The notes below the pieces were generated by a model. It did no database searches and had not been told where the DNA came from. It saw only the letters and a program-made list of their open reading frames with translations. Source: Candidatus Poseidonia alphae (lineage in GTDB: Archaea > Thermoplasmatota > Poseidoniia > Poseidoniales > Poseidoniaceae). From it: a stretch of DNA of 64,000 nt. The stretch's first letter is position 1. Each line of letters starts with the position of its first letter. The position numbers were made by a program, and so were the translations under genes. Below are positions 10,263 to 20,000 of the stretch, piece after piece. Where the stretch lies: assembly GCA_002505405.1 (NCBI GenBank), contig DAVD01000037.1:146880-210879 (forward strand), written 5' to 3'.

Positions 10263-10880
10263 ATGGCACTGGACATCAAACCAACCCGAAGCGAACTCAT
10301 CAAATTGAAGGCTCGAATCAAGCAGACCAAGAACGGTTACAAGTTGTTGAAAATGAAGAGGGACGGACTGTTCCACGAGTTCAGACAACTGCTTTCCGTC
10401 ATGATTGAGGCAAAGAAAGACTTGACCAATGCATATCGCCTTGCAAAAACCAGAATTGATCTTGCTAATGCTATCGAAGGTGGTTTGGCTGTTCGAGCCG
10501 CTGCTATCGCTAATTCAGCACATCCAGAAGTTGAAGTTGAACGCCGAAACATCATGGGTGTTGTCGTTCCAAGTGTTAGTGGAACCAATCTGAAGTCCAC
10601 CTTCAAGGAACGGGGCATTGGTTTCATTGGCTCTTCACCCTACATTGATGAAGCCAGCGATTCCTTTAGTGAATTGATTGAAAAGATTGTGACCGCTGCC
10701 GAAATGGAAGCAACACTGAAGCGTCTTCTTGCCGAAATTGAAGCAACAAAGCGCCGTGTCAACGCTCTTGAGTTCAAGGTCATTCCTGAACTTGAAGAAG
10801 CCAAGGTATTCATTCAACTGCGTCTCGAAGAAATGGAACGTGAAGAGACCTTCCGATTGAAGAGATTCAAGAACAAGTGA
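10263..10880 (+). CDS. atpD: A-type ATP synthase subunit D
   Basis: 205 aa. 'IKPTRSELIKLKARIKQTKNGYKLLKMKRDGL' and a C-terminal coiled coil 'ATKRRVNALEFKVIPELEE'. Confidence 0.93.
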   Translation: MALDIKPTRSELIKLKARIKQTKNGYKLLKMKRDGLFHEFRQLLSVMIEAKKDLTNAYRLAKTRIDLANAIEGGLAVRAAAIANSAHPEVEVERRNIMGVVVPSVSGTNLKSTFKERGIGFIGSSPYIDEASDSFSELIEKIVTAAEMEATLKRLLAEIEATKRRVNALEFKVIPELEEAKVFIQLRLEEMEREETFRLKRFKNK

Positions 10881-10953
10881 GCCGTTCTAACCGGTGTTCC
10901 TCCAACGAGGGATTCATGTGGGATGGGCATTACCGAGTGTTGGGTGGAATAGG

Positions 10954-13509
10954 ATGAACGAGCAAGAATCGTCGCCCGAATCTCCCAATCCTTTGGGTCA
11001 TCACAAAAAATCGTGGGACCAGCATGAGTTGTTGGCCTCCGCCTTGAGTTCGTATTTTGTGATTCTCCAACACTCTGGCGGTCGATGGCCCTCATGGAAG
11101 GTTGCCGCCTCTGATGAAAACTCAATACACCAATGTCTTCTTGATGCCAACTCCCATCTTGAACGGCTTGGCTGGATGGGGAAGCTTACATCGGATGATG
11201 GCTGGAATGTCACTGTATTTCCCCTCCCAGAGCGCCAATTCCCCCGTATCAACAGCGTGCTGCTCTTCTGGTGTCTCTCATTCCTCACGCTCAGTTTGGC
11301 TGGTGATGTCTGGATGGATTCCGTGCGACCCGAGGGCGGTTGGTTCCACTCATCCTCCTTTGTTGACTCGGTGATAGGGTACGCCCTTCCCATCATGTCT
11401 GTCCTCCTTGTGGCTACCCTTGTGCAACGCCACGTAGCGCGCCGATTTGGTGTGCGTTCTGGCCACATCATGCCGGTTCCGGACTTGACCATCGCCTTGT
11501 ATGCGCTGGGGATTTTCCCTTCAAGTTGGCTTTTTTGGCCGTTCGGAATTTTGCTGATTCCTACAATGCCACGTATGGACGCAAGGCCATGGCCAAATCG
11601 AGCCTCATTGGGTCATACCGCTCTTTCCGTTCCGATCGTACTGATGCTATCAGGGATTGCTCTGTTGTTTGCGGGCATTGCTTTGACTCCGCAATACCTT
11701 GAGTTGTCATCCATGCCAATGTTGACCTCAGCACCGAGTTTCCTCGGCCTCATCGCTACACAATTCATTCATGATGATACCATGGTTCGTATGGCTTGGG
11801 CTCACCCATGGGTTCACGCTGGTGGAATGCTGGTATTGTTTGCTTGGATCTCGATTCTACCGATTCCAACGTTCCCCGGAGGAAGGATTCTTATTGCTAG
11901 AATGGGAATGATAGATGCACGGAGTTCAGGAACCCAAAGTCTTCTTTTGGTGACGGTACTCATGTTTGCTTACCTTTTCGGAGTGTTTGAAGGCTTCTCA
12001 CTTTGGTTCTTGGTCCTTGGGCTCCTTTTGCCCCTTCTTTTCTTCTTCGGCAACGACATTCGGATACCGTTTATTTTGAACGAGAATGAAGGGTTGAGCG
12101 AACCTGATCACCGTCGAATGGGAACACTATTGTTGATTTCATTTCTCCTCATTTTACCTGCACAGCAGCCCGTGATGAGAAACGATGCATGGGACGATGA
12201 ACTCACCTTTGAAATCGGGGAGCCAAATGTTGCAATTCTCGGTGATGACGGAACTTGGTACTCCTATAACACGGTAAAGATCACCAACCCTTCTTCGCTT
12301 CAAAAACCGTATTCCATCGATGTATTCTTTGAACAGACCGGCCACGATTGGAATGTTGAGTGGGTTTGCGATGACCAAGACACTTTGTCACTCAACGGAA
12401 ATGGATGCGGATCGGACCTTCTTCCTGGCCGTATTGCTACTTTTTGGATTAATTATTCCTGGTCTTCACAAGAACAACCCTTGGTCTCAAACCTAACCTA
12501 TGTCGTTGAAATCAACGATGCCTATTCAATGGAGCACCACGTGCTCCGCCCAGGACTTGAGGTTGCACCTTCTGACCATTGGTATGACATGGCTTCTGGA
12601 GATCATGTCAAACGCTGTGTTGACCTTCATGGAACTCTTGAAGAATCGTCTGAACTGAACGTTTCAGTGAGGGATTCAACGGTTGCCTCCCTTCAAACTA
12701 CCTTGGTTCAACTTGAAGGAGAAGCGGGAATGAATGCAAGCCATGATTCCGTACCTTCTTCCGTCTGTTTGAGAGGATTGGACCCCCTGGTGTTCCTTCC
12801 TTCGATGACAGAATTGACCTTGAATAACGATACCTTTGACCCCCTCCTCCCAAGAGACCGCCGTTCCTTGGAAGGTATCGTCCCTGAACAGGGTTGGGAT
12901 ATTGGAACGGCGGCTGATGATCAACCTGGGTGGGGCGCATTACTCATTGAAGGGGGAGTACTCCAAACAGGCGAGAAGTTCTGTCCCATCAATCCCACGA
13001 TCAGCACGCCTTCTCGACCGCTTGAAGGTCCTTGGGTCTGGGACTCTTCAGTATTCAAATCGGGTTCGTTACCGGATGTAGAAAGCGGTCAAAATCTAAA
13101 TCTCTTGATGGCCGACGGAACGAATGTTACGGTTTGCAGCAACAGTGAGCCCTTCAACCCATATCCGCGACTTGAATTCAATGTTCAAACAGGACCAGAA
13201 CTTTTGGTTGATTGGATGAATACCAGTACAAGGTTTTGGACGACTCCATTTGCTTATGCATTGAATGGAACGATGGTGAATGAAAACATGGGCAACCTTT
13301 CTTTTAACAATCCGAGCAATGAATCGGTGCCCTTCCGTATTGCTCGAGAAGGGGGAATTGGTGAGGATTGGAACCACAATTGGGATGGGCAACACCTCGG
13401 TCCAGGCGAGACAAACTTGACTTTGATTCCACCCGCAGAACCTTACTCGACGATGTGGATTACACATGATGCAGGAACGGTTGTCCTCCACCTCGCCAGT
13501 TACCAGTAG
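10954..13509 (+). CDS. Site-2-protease (M50)-like polytopic membrane protein lacking zinc ligands, fused to a large sequon-rich extracellular domain
   Basis: S2P-like blocks 'SVLLVATLVQRHVARRFGV' (where HExxH...ARRxGV is expected) and 'ILPIPTFPGGRIL' (where LP.PPLDGGR is expected). Multiple TM helices, then ~470 aa with about eleven N-x-S/T sequons. ORF opens at GTG 10894; the first ATG is 10954. Confidence 0.6.
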   Translation: MNEQESSPESPNPLGHHKKSWDQHELLASALSSYFVILQHSGGRWPSWKVAASDENSIHQCLLDANSHLERLGWMGKLTSDDGWNVTVFPLPERQFPRINSVLLFWCLSFLTLSLAGDVWMDSVRPEGGWFHSSSFVDSVIGYALPIMSVLLVATLVQRHVARRFGVRSGHIMPVPDLTIALYALGIFPSSWLFWPFGILLIPTMPRMDARPWPNRASLGHTALSVPIVLMLSGIALLFAGIALTPQYLELSSMPMLTSAPSFLGLIATQFIHDDTMVRMAWAHPWVHAGGMLVLFAWISILPIPTFPGGRILIARMGMIDARSSGTQSLLLVTVLMFAYLFGVFEGFSLWFLVLGLLLPLLFFFGNDIRIPFILNENEGLSEPDHRRMGTLLLISFLLILPAQQPVMRNDAWDDELTFEIGEPNVAILGDDGTWYSYNTVKITNPSSLQKPYSIDVFFEQTGHDWNVEWVCDDQDTLSLNGNGCGSDLLPGRIATFWINYSWSSQEQPLVSNLTYVVEINDAYSMEHHVLRPGLEVAPSDHWYDMASGDHVKRCVDLHGTLEESSELNVSVRDSTVASLQTTLVQLEGEAGMNASHDSVPSSVCLRGLDPLVFLPSMTELTLNNDTFDPLLPRDRRSLEGIVPEQGWDIGTAADDQPGWGALLIEGGVLQTGEKFCPINPTISTPSRPLEGPWVWDSSVFKSGSLPDVESGQNLNLLMADGTNVTVCSNSEPFNPYPRLEFNVQTGPELLVDWMNTSTRFWTTPFAYALNGTMVNENMGNLSFNNPSNESVPFRIAREGGIGEDWNHNWDGQHLGPGETNLTLIPPAEPYSTMWITHDAGTVVLHLASYQ

Positions 13510-13517
13510 TGATTTTC

Positions 13518-14450
13518 ATGAGGATTTCCATACTGGGTGTCGGTTCAATCGGGGCTCTAATGGCGGCAAGTTTGGCCCAAACTTCCCATGAAATCCATCT
13601 CCATGTTCGTGGGGAACGAGGGGCGTCCCTCATGCTTCAAGGGCTGGAGGTAAGGGGACATTTGAACGCAATCGTTCCAGCAAACCGTTTTCATTTCACA
13701 GCGGAAGAACTTGAACTCCCTGAATTGTTTGAGTTTGGCTCAGACCTCGTCATACTAGCTTGTAAGGCGCATGAAGTCGCACACCTCGCCACCTTGGCCT
13801 CCCGTCTTGTAACGGAAGGCGGATTGGTCCTTGCCCTTTCCAATGGATTGGGCCACGTTGAGACGCTCAGTCAATGCATAGGGCCCAAGCGAACCGTCGC
13901 TGCTACGACAACGCATGGAGCGTACCGGGACGAAAGTGGAGCAGTTACATGGGTTGGAAAAGGAGTCGTGAGTCTTGCAAGCATTCCACTTGGCCCAGCC
14001 TCTGAAGCCATGGGTGAATTGGTGCGATTGTTCGAATCAAGTGGACTTGACCCTGTTTTGTGCCTCGATGCGATGCAGATGATTTGGGAAAAGGTTCTCT
14101 TGAACATCACCATCAATCCACTCGCAGCTCTTGCAGGATTGAAAAATGGAGAATTGTTGGAGTCAAACGTGCTTGATGGTTGTCTCATGCTGTATCGGGA
14201 AGCGAAGCAAGTTGCAGAAATGGAACGCGTCAACCTTCTGGATGAAGCAGAATTTGAACAACTGTTACGTACAGTTCTTCAAGCAACAGCTGGCAATTCA
14301 TGCAGTATGCTTGAAGACATCAAGGCTGGAAGGGTCACAGAGATTTCTTCCCTTAATCGTGAAATAGCCAACAGGGCAGAGCAACACGGGTTGAGCGTAC
14401 CCCTTAACGAGGTGCTCTCATCACTTATTGAGGCCTGTCATCCTTTTTGA
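13518..14450 (+). CDS. panE: 2-dehydropantoate 2-reductase (ketopantoate reductase) family
   Basis: 'MRISILGVGSIGALMAASLA' Rossmann N-terminus, 'WEKVLLNITINPLAAL' and 'SMLEDIKAGRVTEISSLN' ApbA/PanE C-terminal motifs. Confidence 0.8.
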   Translation: MRISILGVGSIGALMAASLAQTSHEIHLHVRGERGASLMLQGLEVRGHLNAIVPANRFHFTAEELELPELFEFGSDLVILACKAHEVAHLATLASRLVTEGGLVLALSNGLGHVETLSQCIGPKRTVAATTTHGAYRDESGAVTWVGKGVVSLASIPLGPASEAMGELVRLFESSGLDPVLCLDAMQMIWEKVLLNITINPLAALAGLKNGELLESNVLDGCLMLYREAKQVAEMERVNLLDEAEFEQLLRTVLQATAGNSCSMLEDIKAGRVTEISSLNREIANRAEQHGLSVPLNEVLSSLIEACHPF

Positions 14451-16062
14451 GGTCCAGATTAAAGTGCAAACCTGTGTTTGAGGTTTGCAACAATGCATCT
14501 TCAACAACCAGGGTTCCAATCAAGGAGAGATTACGTAATTCAATTAGTTCTCGCGATGGGAGGCATTCTCTCCACAAAAGGTCGATCTCGTCATGAAACA
14601 ATTCCAGTCTACGACTTGCCCGTTCTAAACGCTGATTGGTGCGAACAATTCCGACTTCCTGGTCCATTGTCGTCAGCAGACTGTTTCGGTCGTGCATGAT
14701 TGGAGCATGTTCTCGTAGGCTCGCCAATCCTTCTGCTCGCCATTGAGGGTGGCTTCCTTGATATTTTGGAGGGGGGTTATTGATGAGGTGGTCAGATGCC
14801 CGATGCGCATAAACTACCGCTTCAAGAAGACTGTTTGAGGCCAACCGGTTCGCCCCATGCATCCCCGTGCAGGCAACTTCCCCGATAGCGTACAAATGAG
14901 GCATGATCTCTAAACTGTCACGAACAAAGGCACGCCCTATGTTGTCAACTTTGATCCCGCCAACCATGTAGTGAGCTGCGGGTACCACAGGGATTGGATC
15001 CATTCCAAGTGTGATCCCTTCCTGAGTTAATCGGCGTTGTATGTTTGGGAAGTGTTGCTGCAGTGCCTTTGAGTCAAGGTGTGATGTGACTAAAAAAACA
15101 TGAGATTTTCCAGTCGTTTTCAAGCATTGGTCAATAGCCCTTGCTACGATGTCACGTGTCGCCATTGACCCCTCCGGTGAATGCTTGAGGGTGAACGAGT
15201 AAGAATTTGGTTTTGGAGCCTCGATTGAACTTTTTTCCGCCCGTTCACATGCAGCCTTCCATTGCTCATATCCTTCATGGTCGAGGAGGACAGCACCCTC
15301 GCCACGCAGTGCCTCCGACATCAGAAAGGGGCGGTTTGATTTGGCGAAAAGAGAGGTCGGGTGAAACTGGATGAAGGCGAGGTCTTGTACGCATGCACCT
15401 GCTCTATAGGCCATTGCGAGACCATCGCCTGTGGCTACGGTTGGATTTGTGGTAGCCTTCCATAGGCGCCCTACTCCTCCGGTTGCGAGCATAATTGCGT
15501 CGGCTTCTACCGTAAGGACTTCATTGCTAATTTGGTCCAAACACCATACGCCTGCAATTCCATGTTCATCTACCCCATGTCGGCGTTGAATTAGGTCAAT
15601 AGCGAGCGTGTTGGGCAGGAGAGTGATGTTCGCATGACCTTCTGCGTATTGGGTAAGCGCTCGTTCAATCTCCTTCCCCGTAGCGTCTTTTGCATGCAGG
15701 ATTCGGCTTTCTGAATGCCCTCCTTCCTTGGCGAGTGAAAAACTTCCGTCGTTTCGTTGTTCAAAATGTACTCCTATGTCGATGAGGTCACTGATTCGTT
15801 CCCCCGCTTCTTGGATGATCGACCTTACCACTGCTTCATTGCACAATCCATCGCCAGAACGAAGCGTATCTTGAACGTGAGCCTCCATTCCATCGTGGTT
15901 GGTCTTGTCAAGGATTGCAGCGATTCCCCCCTGCGCCCAATTGGTGGATGAATCCTTTGTCCTTTGTTTGGTAATCACCGTAACGTTGTGATTTGCATCG
16001 GCAAGTTTTGCGGCAGCAAATAAGCCTGCAATTCCGCTTCCTACAATGACGATATGAGCCAT
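14425..16062 (-). CDS. nadB: L-aspartate oxidase
   Basis: 545 aa. FAD motif 'IVIVGSGIAGLFAA', 'NWAQGGIAA', 'HPTSL', 'HYMVGGIKVD', 'TGMHGANRLASNSLLE'. Confidence 0.9.
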   Translation of the reverse strand: MAHIVIVGSGIAGLFAAAKLADANHNVTVITKQRTKDSSTNWAQGGIAAILDKTNHDGMEAHVQDTLRSGDGLCNEAVVRSIIQEAGERISDLIDIGVHFEQRNDGSFSLAKEGGHSESRILHAKDATGKEIERALTQYAEGHANITLLPNTLAIDLIQRRHGVDEHGIAGVWCLDQISNEVLTVEADAIMLATGGVGRLWKATTNPTVATGDGLAMAYRAGACVQDLAFIQFHPTSLFAKSNRPFLMSEALRGEGAVLLDHEGYEQWKAACERAEKSSIEAPKPNSYSFTLKHSPEGSMATRDIVARAIDQCLKTTGKSHVFLVTSHLDSKALQQHFPNIQRRLTQEGITLGMDPIPVVPAAHYMVGGIKVDNIGRAFVRDSLEIMPHLYAIGEVACTGMHGANRLASNSLLEAVVYAHRASDHLINNPPPKYQGSHPQWRAEGLASLREHAPIMHDRNSLLTTMDQEVGIVRTNQRLERASRRLELFHDEIDLLWRECLPSRELIELRNLSLIGTLVVEDALLQTSNTGLHFNLDLKKDDRPQ

Positions 16063-16185
16063 GATATGCCCTCGTGATGATGGTTGCTGAGCCTTCTCCT
16101 TCTTGATGGTGATGGAGCCCGTACGGTCCCTCCCTTCACGATATCACTATGAAGTGGGCTTGCCTCCTTCGTAAAGGGGAGACTC

Positions 16186-16944
16186 ATGCGCCGGATGCTT
16201 GGAACGATTGTTGGTGGAGCAATTGTGGTGTTTGTAATTGCAAATGTCCAATTCGGAGCGGTAGCTCCTCTCGCCGTCAACGGAGTGGATGAAGCCAAAT
16301 TGGACGTCTTTATGCTTTCAGACCCCAGTTGTGGCTTTGATGCCATAGAGGCGGAAATCGAAGCCATGGGCACTTCATATTGTCTTGGAGAAAAAGGGCA
16401 ATGGTCCGGTGCAGACATTCTCATGCTTGTTGAGGGAATCATCATCATCCTCGCCGGTCGCTTGGAACTGCCACAAAACAAAGCCTGGGCTCGGCGCGTT
16501 AGAAAAGTGGGCTTCATCACTGGATGTACGCTCTTCAGTTTAGCCATACTCGACCGTCTTGAATGGCTGCCCAGTTCTGCGAATTCACAAGGATTGGCGG
16601 ATTTATTCCCTCTGGATGTGTCGCCCTGGATGGTGCAGATCGGATTTGCTGTAGCCGGTACATTGTTGATGCGAGGGCCGAAGTATTGGGAGGCTGAGGC
16701 CGTGGCTCAGACGCGTGAAAAGCTCGAAAACCGAAGGGAAAAAGCCGGAAAATTCCGCGGGTCCTTCCAAAATAAAGAAAAGCACGACCAGAAGACACAC
16801 GATCGTCATGACCGAAGCCGTCTCTTGAGCAACGACAAAAACCTCTCAATGTCTCGAAGAAGAAGCAATCTTCTCGTGATGGCGACCTGCCCTTACTGTC
16901 AGGGCGGCGGATGTAAGAAATGCAAAGAATTGGGCGTATTTTGA
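16186..16944 (+). CDS. Membrane protein with basic linker and C-terminal DnaJ-type Cys knuckle
   Basis: 252 aa, about 4 predicted TM helices, Lys/Arg/His-rich linker, C-terminal 'CPYCQGGGCKKCKELG' (CxxCxGxG-like). Confidence 0.55.
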   Translation: MRRMLGTIVGGAIVVFVIANVQFGAVAPLAVNGVDEAKLDVFMLSDPSCGFDAIEAEIEAMGTSYCLGEKGQWSGADILMLVEGIIIILAGRLELPQNKAWARRVRKVGFITGCTLFSLAILDRLEWLPSSANSQGLADLFPLDVSPWMVQIGFAVAGTLLMRGPKYWEAEAVAQTREKLENRREKAGKFRGSFQNKEKHDQKTHDRHDRSRLLSNDKNLSMSRRRSNLLVMATCPYCQGGGCKKCKELGVF

Positions 16945-17078
16945 CACCCTCTCGGCGATTCTTTTTGCCTCCTGAAAACCGTATCACTGAGCCTCGTTTC
17001 TTAGTATTCTTTAAAACCTGTAAGCAACGAGAGTGAGAAATAAGGTAGGGATTTGTTTTCTTACCAAGAGGGATAGGG

Positions 17079-20000
17079 ATGTATCTAAAGTCACTTGAAG
17101 TGTCCAATTTCAAATCGTTCAAGGGCGAGGTAACCATCCCCCTTGACCGCGGGTTCACCGCAATCACCGGGCCAAACGGTTCGGGCAAGTCAAATTGTGG
17201 GGACGCAATTCAATTTGTGTTGGGGCCAAAATCGAACCGGGTCATACGTGCTCAAAACTCTACAGACCTCATTTTCAACGGCGGTAAAAATTCCAAACCA
17301 GCCCGAGAATGCGCCGTTACTCTGGTGTTTGCCAACCCTCTAATGGGGAACGGACGCCGTCGCCTCCCCCTCGATAAAGAAGAAATTCGGATGTCACGGA
17401 AAGTTCGACTGACCGCTTCCAACAACGTTTCAACGTCCTATTTGCTGAACGGGGAAGACAGCACACAGAAAGCCTTTCACCGCTTACTCGGGGCAGCAAA
17501 CGCTCGACCGGATGGATACAATATCGTCCTTCAAGGAGACGTCACGAGTCTGGCAAAAATGACGGCTAATGAGCGTCGTAAAGTTCTCGATAATGTCGCG
17601 GGCGTGACCTCGTACGATGATGAGATACGCAAAGCTACCAAGCAACAAGAAAAGGTTGAAGGTTACATTGAACGGATTGGTCTCCTGGAAAAAGAACAAC
17701 TCGATCGTCTGGCCACATTGGAAAAAGAGAAGGCTCTAGCGGAAAAAGCAAGGGAAGTAACTGAAGCGATTCAGCGTTCAAATGAATTGCTGCTGCAATC
17801 ACGTTATGCGAGCATGAGGAACGAATTGGAATTCCATACCGGTCAACGTGACCAATCGCTCGCTGCAAGCCAAACGCTCATGGACGAGCACAAGGAAAAC
17901 GAAAAGACATTGCTTCAACTCGATGATAGGATCGCCGAATTGCAAAAAGAAATCAATGCATTGACCGGTGGAGATACCTCCGAACTTGGCCGTGCTATTC
18001 GTGACCTTCAAGTCAGTATTGAATTGAACAACGACCGTATTTCGGAAGCGGAACGGGAAGAGACAGAAGAGGCCGTTGAATTTGAAGCAATGAACGCTCA
18101 ATGGGGCGAGGCGAAGGACGAACTATCGTCTTTCCAAACTGAACTCAAAACGGCAAATGAGGACCTGGCTGCTGCCTTGGGTGACCTTGCAGATGCTGAG
18201 AAAGAAGAAGACGCTATCAAACTCGCATTGGAATCCGCAGGAGAAAAGAACCTTGACCTTTCGCGAGCCTTGTCCAAAGCCAATGAAAACACGGGGGCTA
18301 AGAAAGCCGCATTGGACAGTGCCCAGTCGGATGTGGACAGGCTTGCGCTTGAAGCCCAACTTATCGGGGAACAACTTGCAACTGCGCAGGATGAAGCAGA
18401 AGAAATGCGCCTCGCTCTTGGCGAGTGTGACCTCCGAAAGGAAGAACTCAAAGATGAAGCGCCTGAATATGACCGGGAAGCACTCGCAGCAGCTTTGAAT
18501 CAATCTCAACGTACCGAGCAACAGTTGACAGAAGACACAGGTCGTATCGAAAACAAATTCAGAGATGCTGAACGACGTCTTTCGAGAGCCAAGGCCGAAA
18601 TGGAAGAGAAATCTGGAGCCAAGGGTCTTGCTGGAGGTGCAAGCGCCGTCATCGCAGCGCGTGACCGTGGAGAACTCACCGGAATCATCGGCACTATTGC
18701 TGAATTGTGTGCTCCAAAAGACAATGCTCATGAAACGGCCTTGGCAACAGCAATCGGAGCAGGAATGGCCTCGGTTGTGGTCGATACGGATGAAGATGCA
18801 GCACGCGCCATCCGTTGGCTGTCAGAAAATCGCTCTGGCCGAGCAACATTCCTTCCTCTCAACAAACTGGCCAATTCAAGACCCGCTGGAAAATCAGTCA
18901 TGGTTGCTCGAAAAGAAGGCGTCATTGGTTTTGCTCATGAAATGCTGGACTATGACCCTCGGATCGATATCGCCGTTCGATTTGTACTGAGGAATACGCT
19001 CCTGGTGGATTCAATGGCCACCGCACGGCGCCATATGGGTGGAATTCGCTTGGTGACTCTGGGCGGGAACCTCACTGAAGCAGGTGGCGCCATGGTGGGA
19101 GGTTCACGACGAAAACTCAGCATCACCTTTGGGGGCCGAATTCAAGGAGCCAGCGAAGTGGAAAAATGCATCGCAGAGGTCGATAAATACCGTTTGATGT
19201 CAGAAACCGTCTCAGCGGCTCTGCGCGAAGCTCGAATAAAGCAACAAGAACTGAGAACCCAGATTAATGCCCTTGTTGATGACAGTCACGCAACCTCAGT
19301 TCGTGAATTGAAGGCAGAGCGAAAGCAACTGCAGGCTACTTACTCCAAAGGATTGGGTGTTGTGAAGGGGCTTGAAGAGAAACTTGCCTCGCTGCAAACA
19401 AGAGCTCAAGGTTCCTTGAAATCTTTGGATGAAGCACAACGTCAGCATGCTGCTGCGGAGGATGAGGGGCAACTTGCTCAAGCGGCTCTGGAGGCGGCAA
19501 GCCCAGAGCATTTGCGTGAACGAATGAACGCTGCAAAACTCAAGCGTGTTGAAGCGACAGGTGTGAAGGAGCGAGCAGAAGGTTCTCTTGCAAGCGGTTC
19601 AGCCAGTCTAACTCTCCTTCAACGCCGTGTTGCTGAGTCAAAAGGAAGGATTGACCGCCTCGAATCAAACCGAATCTCTCGGAGTGAACGAATCGATACA
19701 CTCTCTGCTGAACGCGCCAGTGACCTGATTACACTCAAGGAAAAGAAGGACGAACAAGCGGTCTTCCTTGAAGAAAACCTCGGTCTTGAACAGGAGCGTC
19801 AAGAATTAACGGATGAGCGAGCAACGCTACGGGTTCGGAATGAAGAACGCCTAACAAAGGCTCAAAACCACCGTCGTTTGGCTGAAGAATTACTTCGGAC
19901 CATCGCTGAACGTGAGCATGAAGTCCAATTGATGGCGCAAGAACTCATTGAGGCGGGCCTCTCACCAAACGAACTCCCTCAAGACCTTGCCAATGTTGGG

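Noticed and set aside
16041-17188. Two minus-strand ORFs (168 aa and 217 aa) overlapping the 16186-16944 membrane-protein gene and the smc start
   Set aside because: The plus-strand ORF has coherent TM helices and a Cys-knuckle. The antisense ORFs are Ser/Arg/Pro-rich with no structure, and one would run across the smc promoter and start.
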